Origin: an uncultured Candidatus Saccharibacteria bacterium | GTDB taxonomy: Bacteria; Patescibacteriota; Minisyncoccia; Phycocordibacterales; UBA9973 | Length of the DNA: 64,000 nucleotides | Direction: 5' to 3' | Assembly: GCA_964482735.1 (NCBI GenBank) | Contig: CAYZYV010000002.1 | Coordinates: 86,061-150,060 of the forward strand | Shown here: one piece after another, positions 28,302 through 37,276 of the stretch | How the letters are laid out: each line of letters starts with the position of its first letter | Position numbering within the stretch: position 1 is the stretch's first letter | Translations under genes and position numbers: made by a program | Notes under the pieces: model-generated | The model's input: only the letters and a program-made list of their open reading frames with translations | What the model was told of the DNA's origin: nothing | Database searches by the model: none

Positions 28302-28661
28302 TTGATATTTATTATGGAAACACTTCTGAGAAAAGAAAACAGCATAGACAGGATAAAGAATCATCTTTCTGTCTTTTTAGCTTTTGAAGAACTCAATTTA
28401 GAGGCCTTTGAAAATAGAGACTTCATTTTTAGTTTTTACAATGCAATGGAGAATAGCTACAAGGAGCTCTCAACCTTACTAAAAGAATATGATGAAGTAG
28501 AAGATTTTAATCAATTTTCTATTGCAACCTTACTCCTCGACAATTATTTAAAGGGGTATAAATCAGTAAAAGATGTTTTACAAGCAAAAAACGATCTGAG
28601 AACAGAAAAAACTGTTTATAAGATCTTGTCTACTATTGAAAACGCACCCCCTTTAACTTAA
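28302..28661 (+). CDS. Hypothetical protein (119 aa)
   Basis: ORF only. Confidence 0.3.
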   Translation: MIFIMETLLRKENSIDRIKNHLSVFLAFEELNLEAFENRDFIFSFYNAMENSYKELSTLLKEYDEVEDFNQFSIATLLLDNYLKGYKSVKDVLQAKNDLRTEKTVYKILSTIENAPPLT

Positions 28662-28842
28662 GTGGGGCGTTTTTTATTTAGTCAGAAAACAAAAAACCAC
28701 CCGAGGGCGGAATTTTGCCAACTGATAATTATCTTGCGATAACTAACTGCTGTCCAATCAGTATAATCAAGAAACCAGAACAAGTCAAGCCTAACATGTG
28801 GATAACTTTTTAGCCTTATATGCTATTATTAAATAGTCTTAT

Positions 28843-29457
28843 ATGGAAAACTTATTATTTTTACTAAAAGGATTATTAATTGGACTTATTGTTGGCTTCC
28901 CTTCTGGGCCGGTTGGGTTTATTTACATCAAGAGAGCTACAACCGATGGCTTTCTCGCTGGATTTATTTCTGGATTAGGATCTACGGTCGCCCACTTAGT
29001 CTATGCTTTAGCTTTTCTTTTTGGATACTCAAAAATTTTAAAAATTTATAATGAAAGTGGGGATACTTTGACTTTCATTTTTTCTACTTTTATTATTATA
29101 TTAGGAATAATTATTTTCTTTTCAAACAAAAAGAAAGATTGTGACGGGGATAATGCAGAAAATCTTTTCGGCTATTTTCTTTCAGCTTTTGGGATCACTG
29201 TCACCAACCCAGTAGAGATTATTCAATTTACCTTTTTGTTTACCTCTCTTGGGATATTAGGATCTGTTGCAATTAATCATACTCTACTAATTTTAGGAAT
29301 AATTTTGGGATCAATTTTTTGGCCAACTCTAGCTTCATTTGGTTTGTCAAAAATCAGACACACTATTTCTAATAGAAAAGTGGAGTATCTTCAAAAATCA
29401 ATCGGCATAATAATTATATTAATAGGTTTATTTTTTATATTAAAGAATTTTACTTAA
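28843..29457 (+). CDS. LysE/RhtB-type amino-acid exporter family protein
   Basis: Six-TM small permease with N-terminal LLKGLLIGLIVGFPSGPVG typical of LysE-type translocators. Confidence 0.45.
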   Translation: MENLLFLLKGLLIGLIVGFPSGPVGFIYIKRATTDGFLAGFISGLGSTVAHLVYALAFLFGYSKILKIYNESGDTLTFIFSTFIIILGIIIFFSNKKKDCDGDNAENLFGYFLSAFGITVTNPVEIIQFTFLFTSLGILGSVAINHTLLILGIILGSIFWPTLASFGLSKIRHTISNRKVEYLQKSIGIIIILIGLFFILKNFT

Positions 29458-29522
29458 CAATAAAATAAATGTCATCAAAAACAAAAAGGGCGACTTCACG
29501 AGCCACCCCTTTTTATTTATTA

Positions 29523-29786
29523 TCAAAGATTATAACGTCCCGTGTCTTTATGGTTAGGAAACATATAATCCCATGTCTCACTATAAGACAGTCCATTTGC
29601 TAACAGTTTCTCTCTTCCAACCTTCAAAGAACGCCAGCCCAATTGCAGTGTAGGAAACGAAACAATACAACGATCCTCTACGTTGTTTTCTTTTAGAATT
29701 CCTTTGTCACCACTATTTACAATAATACCCCACTCCTCAAAGGTATCACCGGTGTATGTCACCCCTTTTTCTATTTCAAATTCCAT
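29523..29786 (-). CDS. Hypothetical protein (87 aa)
   Basis: ORF only. Confidence 0.3.
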   Translation of the reverse strand: MEFEIEKGVTYTGDTFEEWGIIVNSGDKGILKENNVEDRCIVSFPTLQLGWRSLKVGREKLLANGLSYSETWDYMFPNHKDTGRYNL

Positions 29787-29861
29787 AACTAACCTCCTTT
29801 TTTAAAATAAGTTTTTCTTTTACATTACAATTTTAAATCTGTAAAGTCAAGCACTATAAAA

Positions 29862-30118
29862 GCGACCTTCCTAGACGTGGGTCGGTCGCTTTCACCAAAT
29901 TTATCTGCTCGCGTGGCAGGACGCGTTTCGGACATATAACTGGGCTAAAGCTGTGGGAGATTTAGAAACTACAACGAAAGAAATTAATCACTTATTGTCT
30001 CTAGTGTAAATCACGATGTCAGTTTTTGTTTATTTATTTTTAAAAATTCGTCGCCGCCGCTTTTTACGAACGTTAGTTGATCGAGGGGGTCACCCCTTTA
30101 GCCACTACCCCCATGTTA
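29862..30118. ncRNA. GC-rich structured noncoding segment (candidate ncRNA, identity unresolved)
   Basis: Two GC-rich blocks (29862-29945 and 30040-30118) in roughly 400 nt of ORF-free sequence. Hairpins include AAAGCGACC...GGTCGCTTT and GGGGTGACCCC. The minus strand contains CGTAAAAAGCGGCGGCGACGAA, reminiscent of the tmRNA PK1/resume region, but no tRNA-like ends were found. Confidence 0.3.
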
Positions 30119-30187
30119 TTTAATAAAAAAGTAGTGGTGCCTACAAAGAAGCTAAACAATTTTATTATGATAAACCTATAAAAAATT

Positions 30188-30499
30188 ATGAAAAAGCACC
30201 CCTCTATACGCCAAGTAAAATATGCCCATGGAATTATGAATGAGGGCAAGACAAAACAGCAGATTGCCTTAGAATCTGGCTTTTCTCCTAGCACAGCTCG
30301 TGTTCCTCAATTAATCGAGAATAAGCTCGGTTTTAAGCTTGCTGTGGCCCAATTAGCAGGTGAAATGGGTAATGTTGCTATGAAGCTTATGTATGAGCTC
30401 CAGGCACGAGATATGAGCAAAATGAGTGACGAGGACTTACTCTACTCACTGGATGTTATTTCTAAAACCTATGAGCGTTTTACTTCCAAATTGCTCTGA
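30188..30499 (+). CDS. Small HTH-containing protein, possibly phage terminase small-subunit-like
   Basis: The segment KTKQQIALESGFSPSTARVPQLIEN resembles the HTH of small terminase or Terminase_2 proteins. The similarity is weak. Confidence 0.3.
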   Translation: MKKHPSIRQVKYAHGIMNEGKTKQQIALESGFSPSTARVPQLIENKLGFKLAVAQLAGEMGNVAMKLMYELQARDMSKMSDEDLLYSLDVISKTYERFTSKLL

Positions 30500-30576
30500 T
30501 TTTATCTTTAGATTAAATATGATAATATGTAAATATAATTTAATATTTGAGTAGCCTAAACCAATAAGTAATTATT

Positions 30577-30690
30577 GGCATGGTGAATAAGTCCCCGTAA
30601 AAGATAAAGAACTCCTAGTCAGAGTTTGCCTTTTACGGGGCTGTATCTGGAAACGGATACAGGTGGGTTAAAATCCACCATGCTGGCTGG
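30577..30690 (+). ncRNA. Multi-stem (cloverleaf-like) structured RNA candidate upstream of the 30724 ORF
   Basis: Outer stem GGCATGGTG/CACCATGC. Inner stems CCCCGTAAAAG/CTTTTACGGGG (enclosing the small hairpin AACTC-CTAGTCA-GAGTT), CTGTATC-TGGAAAC-GATACAG and GTGGG-TTAAAAT-CCAC. Followed by GGGAGC-TTTTT-GCTTCC. Confidence 0.3.
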
Positions 30691-30723
30691 GAGCTTTTTG
30701 CTTCCTAGTCTAAAAATATTTTT

Positions 30724-30936
30724 ATGAAAACACTTTATAAATGGCAAAAAATAGCTTTATGGATAGTTGGTATACTAACCATTATTGCAATGGTTAGTAA
30801 TGTCACTTCTAAAACAATTAACGATGGAACTCTGGTTGGTTTATTACTTAGTATTATAACAGGTGTGCCATTAAATTTAGCAATTCTTTGGGGATTATTT
30901 AAAATCGGGAATAAAATTTTTAGAAAAAATGAATAG
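30724..30936 (+). CDS. Small two-TM membrane protein
   Basis: 70-aa ORF with two hydrophobic helices. Confidence 0.35.
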   Translation: MKTLYKWQKIALWIVGILTIIAMVSNVTSKTINDGTLVGLLLSIITGVPLNLAILWGLFKIGNKIFRKNE

Positions 30937-31252
30937 ATTATTTATAAAAGTTATCTTAATAATTTTAGGCTCAACAGTAATACTGTTTATTGGAAGTTTT
31001 TTTAGATATTTATTTGACTCTAAAATTTTTACATATATTTGGGATTTGGGTACAGTTATAATATTTATCTCTACACTGGCCATAATTTATGAAATAAAAG
31101 ATTTATCTGAAAACACAAAGATTGGTTTTTCTTTTGTGTTTGTTATAATATTTTTGTTTTTAGAGATAAATTTTCCGTCAATTTTAGGGGGGCTTTCCTA
31201 TCTTTGTCCAAAGTGTAGTGTTTTAGAAGGGATTAAATTTTTAATAATGTAA
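30929..31252 (+). CDS. Small multi-TM membrane protein with C-terminal CPKC
   Basis: 107-aa ORF with three hydrophobic segments. Confidence 0.35.
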   Translation: MNRLFIKVILIILGSTVILFIGSFFRYLFDSKIFTYIWDLGTVIIFISTLAIIYEIKDLSENTKIGFSFVFVIIFLFLEINFPSILGGLSYLCPKCSVLEGIKFLIM

Positions 31253-31257
31253 ATTTT

Positions 31258-31770
31258 ATGAAGAGAGAAACATATTTAATTTGGATAATTTTATTGATGA
31301 TAACTGTTGGTAATTTGTTTTTTACTTATAAACATTCTCAAAATATTGCTATAGCACCAGAGAAAAGTAATATGTTTATGGATGATATTTCTCAATGCCC
31401 AGACACGAATACCAGTGATATGTATGTTTGTCTTTATAATTTAGCAGAGACAATAAACAAAGAAGCAGATACCCTTGCTAATAAACTCATTACTCAAGCT
31501 CCTATTCGCCTAAAAGAAATAATAACAACTCAAAAAGGACCAGCTTCGTTTGTTTATGGTGGTAAAGATTTTTTAACTGATTTGCCTATACAAGTAGAAA
31601 AAGCACAAAAAGCTAAAGATGACTATATAAACAGTGTTTGTAATTTAAATTCGATGAAAATCTATGGTGGTAGTGGTGTGGATCTTGAAATAGAAGCATG
31701 TAAATACCATTTTACTAATGAATATTTACAAATACTTAAAAATTTAGAAAATGGGTTAACGGAAGAATAA
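31258..31770 (+). CDS. DUF1311 (LprI lysozyme-inhibitor-like) domain protein
   Basis: Signal/TM, then the paired-Cys pattern CPDT...YVCLYNL...ADTLANKL and CNLN...YGGSG...EACKYHF typical of DUF1311. Confidence 0.5.
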   Translation: MKRETYLIWIILLMITVGNLFFTYKHSQNIAIAPEKSNMFMDDISQCPDTNTSDMYVCLYNLAETINKEADTLANKLITQAPIRLKEIITTQKGPASFVYGGKDFLTDLPIQVEKAQKAKDDYINSVCNLNSMKIYGGSGVDLEIEACKYHFTNEYLQILKNLENGLTEE

Positions 31771-31775
31771 TTTTA

Positions 31776-32648
31776 CTAAAGACTTATATTGCCATTCTCG
31801 TCACATTTATAATTTTTGAAAAAATCTAGAACTCCTTTTTGTAAAGGATTTTTTGCCAATTCATTATAAACAAGTACAATGTCTTCACCTAAAATTTCTG
31901 AATGATTTAGTACGGTATTTTTTGTGTACATAACGGCACTTATACCCTCATGTTCTTTTTCAAGGAAAAAAGTCATAGGAACCTTACTTCCATTTTTCTT
32001 TAATATAAAAGGAATTGTGCTCCATCCATATTTTAATGGTCCACCATTTATCGGGCGAGATATAGTTTGATAACCTACAGCAAATACCGCCCTAAGTATC
32101 AACGGGATTGAAGCATCAACATGATCAAGAGCACCTCTAGATACAGCTATAACAAATTGATCAGAATCTTTTACTATTCCATCTTCTATATACTTTTCAT
32201 ACTTTTCTTTTAAAACAGATGCAATTCGTATAAGCATTTCATCACTTGGAACATTTTGAACAATACCAGTAATTGTTTCTGGAACCCTATCTTCTCCTTT
32301 CCCTTTTTCACAAGCAACACACTCAATCCAAATTTTTTTACCTTCATATTCAATTAGAATATCAGGACCTATGTCTTTAGATGAAAAAGTAATTCCTTTT
32401 TCCAATAATACACAACCAAGATACATTTCCCATGTTCTTTGATGAAACTTTTTTTTAATTTCTTTTAAGAAATTACTGTCAGCATATTGGTAATATTTTT
32501 GATAAAGAGAATCAAATTTATTTTTCCTTTCTTTTATTGATCCGCTTGTAACATAATAACTATCATAATTGGAATATTTTTTTATTAATGTCTGAAGTTC
32601 TGTTTCGGTTGTAATAAGTGGAAAATTATCTGTAAACAAATATTTCAT
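31776..32648 (-). CDS. Hypothetical 290-aa protein, third gene of the higB-higA/immA operon; weak PD-(D/E)xK-like signature
   Basis: Starts 2 nt after the upstream gene's stop. The segment GPDILIEYEGKKIWIECVACEK is the only nuclease-like motif; the rest is unrecognised. Confidence 0.35.
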   Translation of the reverse strand: MKYLFTDNFPLITTETELQTLIKKYSNYDSYYVTSGSIKERKNKFDSLYQKYYQYADSNFLKEIKKKFHQRTWEMYLGCVLLEKGITFSSKDIGPDILIEYEGKKIWIECVACEKGKGEDRVPETITGIVQNVPSDEMLIRIASVLKEKYEKYIEDGIVKDSDQFVIAVSRGALDHVDASIPLILRAVFAVGYQTISRPINGGPLKYGWSTIPFILKKNGSKVPMTFFLEKEHEGISAVMYTKNTVLNHSEILGEDIVLVYNELAKNPLQKGVLDFFKNYKCDENGNISL

Positions 32649-32650
32649 TT

Positions 32651-33712
32651 TTATGCAAATTTTAACCTAGGTCTTAAACTAGATACCATATTCCATGGAA
32701 CTTTTTTATCATGACACAACCTACCAGCAACGATGCCAGGATGAACTCCTAAACTTTTTGCAAAATTAATCACGCCATCTCTTGTTAATGGCTTCTTTAA
32801 GAAATCTATATAGTTTTCTTCTGGTATTAATTTATCACTGGCAAAATCATCGGCTTCTTTTTCCTTCTCTTGAACAATAGATAATTCTTTATTATCAAAC
32901 TCAATAAATTTCTCTTTTTTACCATGTAATATTAAATGTCCTAATTCATGATATAAATTAAACCAAAAAATATCTGCCCATGAGTTATAAATACTCAGCT
33001 GTATTACAGGATTATTATTAATCCACCTAACAGCCCCACTTACTCCACTACCTGAAAAATGAGGAATATATACTAAAGCTACTCCGGCTTGATTTAAAAT
33101 TTTAATTACTTCTTTTGAAAAATCTTCCGGTTTTTTTACTGATAGTAATTTAATTTGTGATAAAGATTCTTTTAGCTTTATTTCGGAATATTCCGGAAGA
33201 ACATTTTTTTTAGATTCCAACTCACCACACCTAAGCCATGTTGCAATAACTTCACTTTTAATATTTAGATTATTTTTTTTACGATAAGCAACAGTTTCTG
33301 TTGTCTGAACATATGACAAAGAATTAACCCCAAAAAATCTCCAGAGATTTTCAACTTTTTTATAGTTATTTGTGGTTTTTTCAACAAATCCTCGTTTTGC
33401 AAGTTCTGCATAAGGGAATTTAGAAATCATTTCTGTTTCTTTTTTAATTATTGAAATTCTTTCAATTCTAGCTCTAGTTTCTTGATATTTTTTTTCAAGA
33501 TTAACCCAAAAGGAAGCTGATCCACCTAAAGCATTTTCTAAAAGTAGTGCAGTCTCAACAGTTATGGAAGCTTCTCCATTTATTATTTGACTTATATGTT
33601 TCTCTGTGAGACCTGTTCTCTCGCTGAGACTTTTTTGAGTCATTCCTTCACGATCTAGGGCTTTTGAAATGGTATACCCGGGGTGTATTGCTTTGTTTGG
33701 ATTATAAACCAT
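32651..33712 (-). CDS. HigA-type XRE-family HTH antitoxin fused to ImmA/IrrE-family HEXXH metallopeptidase domain
   Basis: N-terminal IHPGYTISKALDREGMTQKSLSERTGLTEKHISQIINGEASITVETALLLENALGGSASFWVNLE is a HigA-like HTH. C-terminal YHELGHLILHG is the HEXXH of COG2856-type peptidases. Confidence 0.7.
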   Translation of the reverse strand: MVYNPNKAIHPGYTISKALDREGMTQKSLSERTGLTEKHISQIINGEASITVETALLLENALGGSASFWVNLEKKYQETRARIERISIIKKETEMISKFPYAELAKRGFVEKTTNNYKKVENLWRFFGVNSLSYVQTTETVAYRKKNNLNIKSEVIATWLRCGELESKKNVLPEYSEIKLKESLSQIKLLSVKKPEDFSKEVIKILNQAGVALVYIPHFSGSGVSGAVRWINNNPVIQLSIYNSWADIFWFNLYHELGHLILHGKKEKFIEFDNKELSIVQEKEKEADDFASDKLIPEENYIDFLKKPLTRDGVINFAKSLGVHPGIVAGRLCHDKKVPWNMVSSLRPRLKFA

Positions 33713-33722
33713 AAATTTATAT

Positions 33723-34085
33723 TTAATGATAATTGATAAATATTTCTATTATTAAAATAAATGTTATACTTTTATAATTATCTATTCTAAAATTTGGGTC
33801 TCCATCATGATTCGGTTTAAATATAATTCTATATTTATTATCAACATCAACAGCAAAACATCCTTTATATTCTCCCTTTAATGGGTGGGGGCGATAACTA
33901 TGTGGAACATCAGATAATGCATCAGCTGAAATAAGTATGTTTAATGTGTTCAGAATATCCGTAGCATAATCAATTCCTTTTTTGTTATATCTTTTACATA
34001 AGGCATTGTAATCATTAACAAGGGCCTCGTGTTTTGGATTATCAAATACTATTCTCATATTAACAAATATTACTAAAAACTGCAA
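33723..34085 (-). CDS. higB: HigB-like (RelE/ParE superfamily, plasmid-maintenance killer) toxin
   Basis: C-terminal HPLKGEYKGCFAVDVDNKYRIIF...YH matches the HigB killer-protein pattern. Directly upstream of the HigA-like gene. Confidence 0.6.
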   Translation of the reverse strand: MQFLVIFVNMRIVFDNPKHEALVNDYNALCKRYNKKGIDYATDILNTLNILISADALSDVPHSYRPHPLKGEYKGCFAVDVDNKYRIIFKPNHDGDPNFRIDNYKSITFILIIEIFINYH

Positions 34086-34196
34086 CTTTTTTATTTACCA
34101 TTTTGGTAAATAAAAAAACTAATAAATCGTTTATTTTCTGATGTTTATTATGGTATTTAATTATATATAATAAGTTATCCACAAGTATTATTTAAA

Positions 34197-35885
34197 TTAT
34201 TTCTTAAGCCTTCCTTTTGAGCCAATTTTATTATCGTCCACAATATCTCGGAGTTGATTGATTAGAACCATAATTTCTTCAATTTTTTTTACAATGCGTT
34301 TTTGTTCAGCAAGAGGTGGGAGTGGTATATTAGCAGATTTAACTTTCTCTGCATTAAGATTTTTTACAACTGCACCAGAAACTATATCTGCGAATTGTTG
34401 AAAAAATACGTTTGAGGATAACATATAATAAAAAAAATCTCTAAAGGTTTCTTTGTAATAGGGTTTTAAAACCAGCCAGCCGTCGTGAATACATCCATCA
34501 ATCTTTAATATATATGGTCTCCCAAAACTCATTGAGTTAGTAAGAAGTAAATCTCCAACATGTACCATTCTTGTCTTTTTTAAACCAGCTTTAATAATTT
34601 TTTCTTTAGTAGAATATATATATTTTCCTCCTTGTTCTGTGTCTCCAATCTTTATCCAATTCAATCCGTCATCATTATTCGTTATATAACTTTCAATTGG
34701 ACGTGGTGAGCCACCTCTTTCAACTGAAAATACATCACCGAGCTTAACCCATTTCCATGATTTTGGAATTTCAAAAAGTAAATCTTTATTATCCATAAAA
34801 ATTGACTCCTTATTTTTCTTTTTTTTATTATCATTTATTTCTATTCTTTTCTTTTCAATATTAATAAAAGATAATAGATCTTCCGCAGTTCCTTCTTTTT
34901 TATCCTGCGGAACTAATTTACCAGAAACAGCAAGGCTTAAAATTGCATCTTCTAACTCTTTAATATCTTCAGGCGTTTTTACCAATTCGGCTAATTGTTT
35001 TAGCGCAATTTTTGTTTCTCCTTTTCCGAGAGATTGCATGGCGCTACGAGTAAGACGGGAGCGAATTTCATCACGTTCATTTTTCCTAATTTCAAGCTTG
35101 TCTAATTGTTTTATTACTTCTTCAATTTTTTTTACAATGCGATTTTGTTCTTTGTATGGAGGCAAAGGAATAACAAAAGATTTTATATCGTCCATCGATA
35201 TATTATCATTTGTAGAATTTTTCTTTTTATTAATAAAATCTTGTATATAAGAAGAAAGGATTACATAATTAATATATTCCGAAATAATATTATCGTTAAT
35301 CTTTATAGTTGCAACTCTTTGATTTGTTACCATTTTTTCATCTATATTTCTTACAAAATAACTCTTACCAACTGTACCACCAGTCATACATAAAAGTATA
35401 TTTTCATTATTTATTTCGAATTGAGCTAAACTCGAATAATAATCATGACGTACTATTTTATTATTTTTAAATCCATTTTCGTCAAAATCAGATATCTTAA
35501 TTACTCTAACTCCAGTATTTTTAAAATTTTGGCTTTTAAAGGCATATCCACCATTAATGTCAGATAAATTATTTAATCTTGTCCATTTCCAAGATATAGG
35601 AATTTCAAATGGGATTTCTTCTTCATTTATATTTAAAAGTTTTTTTTCTGTATCATTCTTTAAACATTCTGATTTAATTTTATTAAATAATTCTTCACCA
35701 GTTCCTTCTTTTTTATCCTGTGGAACTAATTTACCAGACATAGCCAAAGTAAGTATCGCTTTACGAAGGCGATTTATTCCATCTGGTACTTCTATGAAAT
35801 CATCAATATTATTAGCAATAGTTTTTATATCATTTAGTATCATGGTGAGAAAGCGCTTCGGTGATAACTGTGCGAATTTGCTCAA
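34197..35885 (-). CDS. hsdS: Type I restriction-modification specificity subunit HsdS (two target-recognition domains)
   Basis: Duplicated conserved regions AILTLAMSGKLVPQDKKEGT / AILSLAVSGKLVPQDKKEGT and IPLPPYKEQNRIVKKIEE / IPLPPLAEQKRIVKKIEE flank two variable domains. The annotated start overlaps hsdM; the real start is probably an internal Met. Confidence 0.8.
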   Translation of the reverse strand: MSKFAQLSPKRFLTMILNDIKTIANNIDDFIEVPDGINRLRKAILTLAMSGKLVPQDKKEGTGEELFNKIKSECLKNDTEKKLLNINEEEIPFEIPISWKWTRLNNLSDINGGYAFKSQNFKNTGVRVIKISDFDENGFKNNKIVRHDYYSSLAQFEINNENILLCMTGGTVGKSYFVRNIDEKMVTNQRVATIKINDNIISEYINYVILSSYIQDFINKKKNSTNDNISMDDIKSFVIPLPPYKEQNRIVKKIEEVIKQLDKLEIRKNERDEIRSRLTRSAMQSLGKGETKIALKQLAELVKTPEDIKELEDAILSLAVSGKLVPQDKKEGTAEDLLSFINIEKKRIEINDNKKKKNKESIFMDNKDLLFEIPKSWKWVKLGDVFSVERGGSPRPIESYITNNDDGLNWIKIGDTEQGGKYIYSTKEKIIKAGLKKTRMVHVGDLLLTNSMSFGRPYILKIDGCIHDGWLVLKPYYKETFRDFFYYMLSSNVFFQQFADIVSGAVVKNLNAEKVKSANIPLPPLAEQKRIVKKIEEIMVLINQLRDIVDDNKIGSKGRLKK

Positions 35886-37275
35886 GCACTTTTTTCACCT
35901 CTTGCTGTTTATTATGGTATGTTTCAAGTAATTCCTCTGGTGATTCAAGAACATCAACAGGAGTTCGAGGGTTCTTTATATCCAAGTTATAATTACGCTT
36001 GATAATTTCGTCTATAGAAACTTTCCACGCTTGATCATTTTCTTCACGATTATTCCACCATTTTGTCTCTTTTTCAAACTCATCAAATTTAATAGGGTTA
36101 GTCATCGAATATGCCTTTTGCCCTTCGGGGAGTGGATGCTCATAATACCAAATCTCCTTGGTTGGTTCACCTTTTGTAAAGAAAAGTAAGTTTGTTGCAA
36201 TAGTTGTATATGGGGCAAAAACACTCTTTGGTAAACGAACAATGGTGTGAAGATTACATTCTTCTAATAACTGTTTTTTGAGGGTTGTTTTCATACCTTC
36301 ACCAAACAAGGTTCCGTCGGGAAGAACCATACCTGCACGGCCATGTTTTTTAAGTAAACGCATAATAAGAACAAGAAAAAGATCTGCTGTTTCTCTTGTT
36401 TGAAATTCTTTTGGAAAATTAGATTCAATACCTGGCTCTTCAGTACCACCGAATGGAGGATTTGTAATAATACAATCTACCTTATCTGAATCTGTGTAAT
36501 CACGTATAGGTTTTTCTAGGGTGTTTCCACGGCGCATTGTCACAGGTTCTTCGATCCCGTGAAGCATCATATTGGTTATTAGAAGCATAAATGGAAGCGG
36601 TTTCTTTTCAACGCCATAGATACTCTGTTGAATTTTTTGTTCATCTTTAACTGATTTAACTTGTTTACGCATATGCTCAAGAGCATGTACCAAGAATCCT
36701 CCAGTGCCTACAGCTGGATCCATAACAGATTCACCAACTTTTGGATCTACCATTTCTACGACAAATTGAGTTACAGCACGAGGAGTATACATTTCTCCGA
36801 AATTACCAGCACTTTGTAAACTTTTTAAAAGACGTTCATATATGTCGTTAAAAGCATGACGATCTTTTGATGCATTGAAATCTATTTCATTTATTTTATT
36901 TATAACCTGTTTAAGTAAAGTACCTTTGCGCATAAAGTTATAAACATCCTTAAATGCCATACGTGTAAGGTCGGTTCTTTTGTTTCCTGATTCAGGAAGA
37001 TCTCTTAACCCAGGAAGTAAATCATTATTTACAAAATCAATGAGCTTATCTCCGGTCATCCCATCGAGAGGACCTGCCCATGTACGCCACTGATATTTTT
37101 TAGGAAGTGTAGGGATAAATTTATCTTTACGTATTTCAAGAGCTTTATCTTCATCATCTAAAATTTTTAGATAGATAAGCCAAACCATCTGAGACAAACG
37201 TGTAGCATCACCATCTACACCAACATCTTGGCGCATTATGTCTTGAATTGCTTTTATTGTTGATGGACTAAACAT
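35830..37275 (-). CDS. hsdM: Type I R-M DNA methyltransferase subunit HsdM (N6-adenine)
   Basis: Motif I DPAVGTGGFL and motif IV NPPFG. Confidence 0.9.
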   Translation of the reverse strand: MFSPSTIKAIQDIMRQDVGVDGDATRLSQMVWLIYLKILDDEDKALEIRKDKFIPTLPKKYQWRTWAGPLDGMTGDKLIDFVNNDLLPGLRDLPESGNKRTDLTRMAFKDVYNFMRKGTLLKQVINKINEIDFNASKDRHAFNDIYERLLKSLQSAGNFGEMYTPRAVTQFVVEMVDPKVGESVMDPAVGTGGFLVHALEHMRKQVKSVKDEQKIQQSIYGVEKKPLPFMLLITNMMLHGIEEPVTMRRGNTLEKPIRDYTDSDKVDCIITNPPFGGTEEPGIESNFPKEFQTRETADLFLVLIMRLLKKHGRAGMVLPDGTLFGEGMKTTLKKQLLEECNLHTIVRLPKSVFAPYTTIATNLLFFTKGEPTKEIWYYEHPLPEGQKAYSMTNPIKFDEFEKETKWWNNREENDQAWKVSIDEIIKRNYNLDIKNPRTPVDVLESPEELLETYHNKQQEVKKVLEQIRTVITEALSHHDTK

Positions 37276-37276
37276 A

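Noticed and set aside
29850-29880. CTAGACGTGGGTCGGTCGC as the left attachment repeat matching the tRNA-Asn 3' end (CTCCGTGGGTAGGGATCG).
   Set aside because: Only about 10 of 14 nt match. Serine integrases do not generate long direct repeats, so the left island boundary is left approximate.
29862-30118. tmRNA (ssrA) call for the GC-rich block.
   Set aside because: A PK1-like CGUAAAAAGC was seen, but no acceptor-stem pairing or T-arm (GGUUCGAnUCC) could be found on either strand, and no convincing tag ORF ending in a hydrophobic tail. It is left as an unidentified ncRNA candidate.
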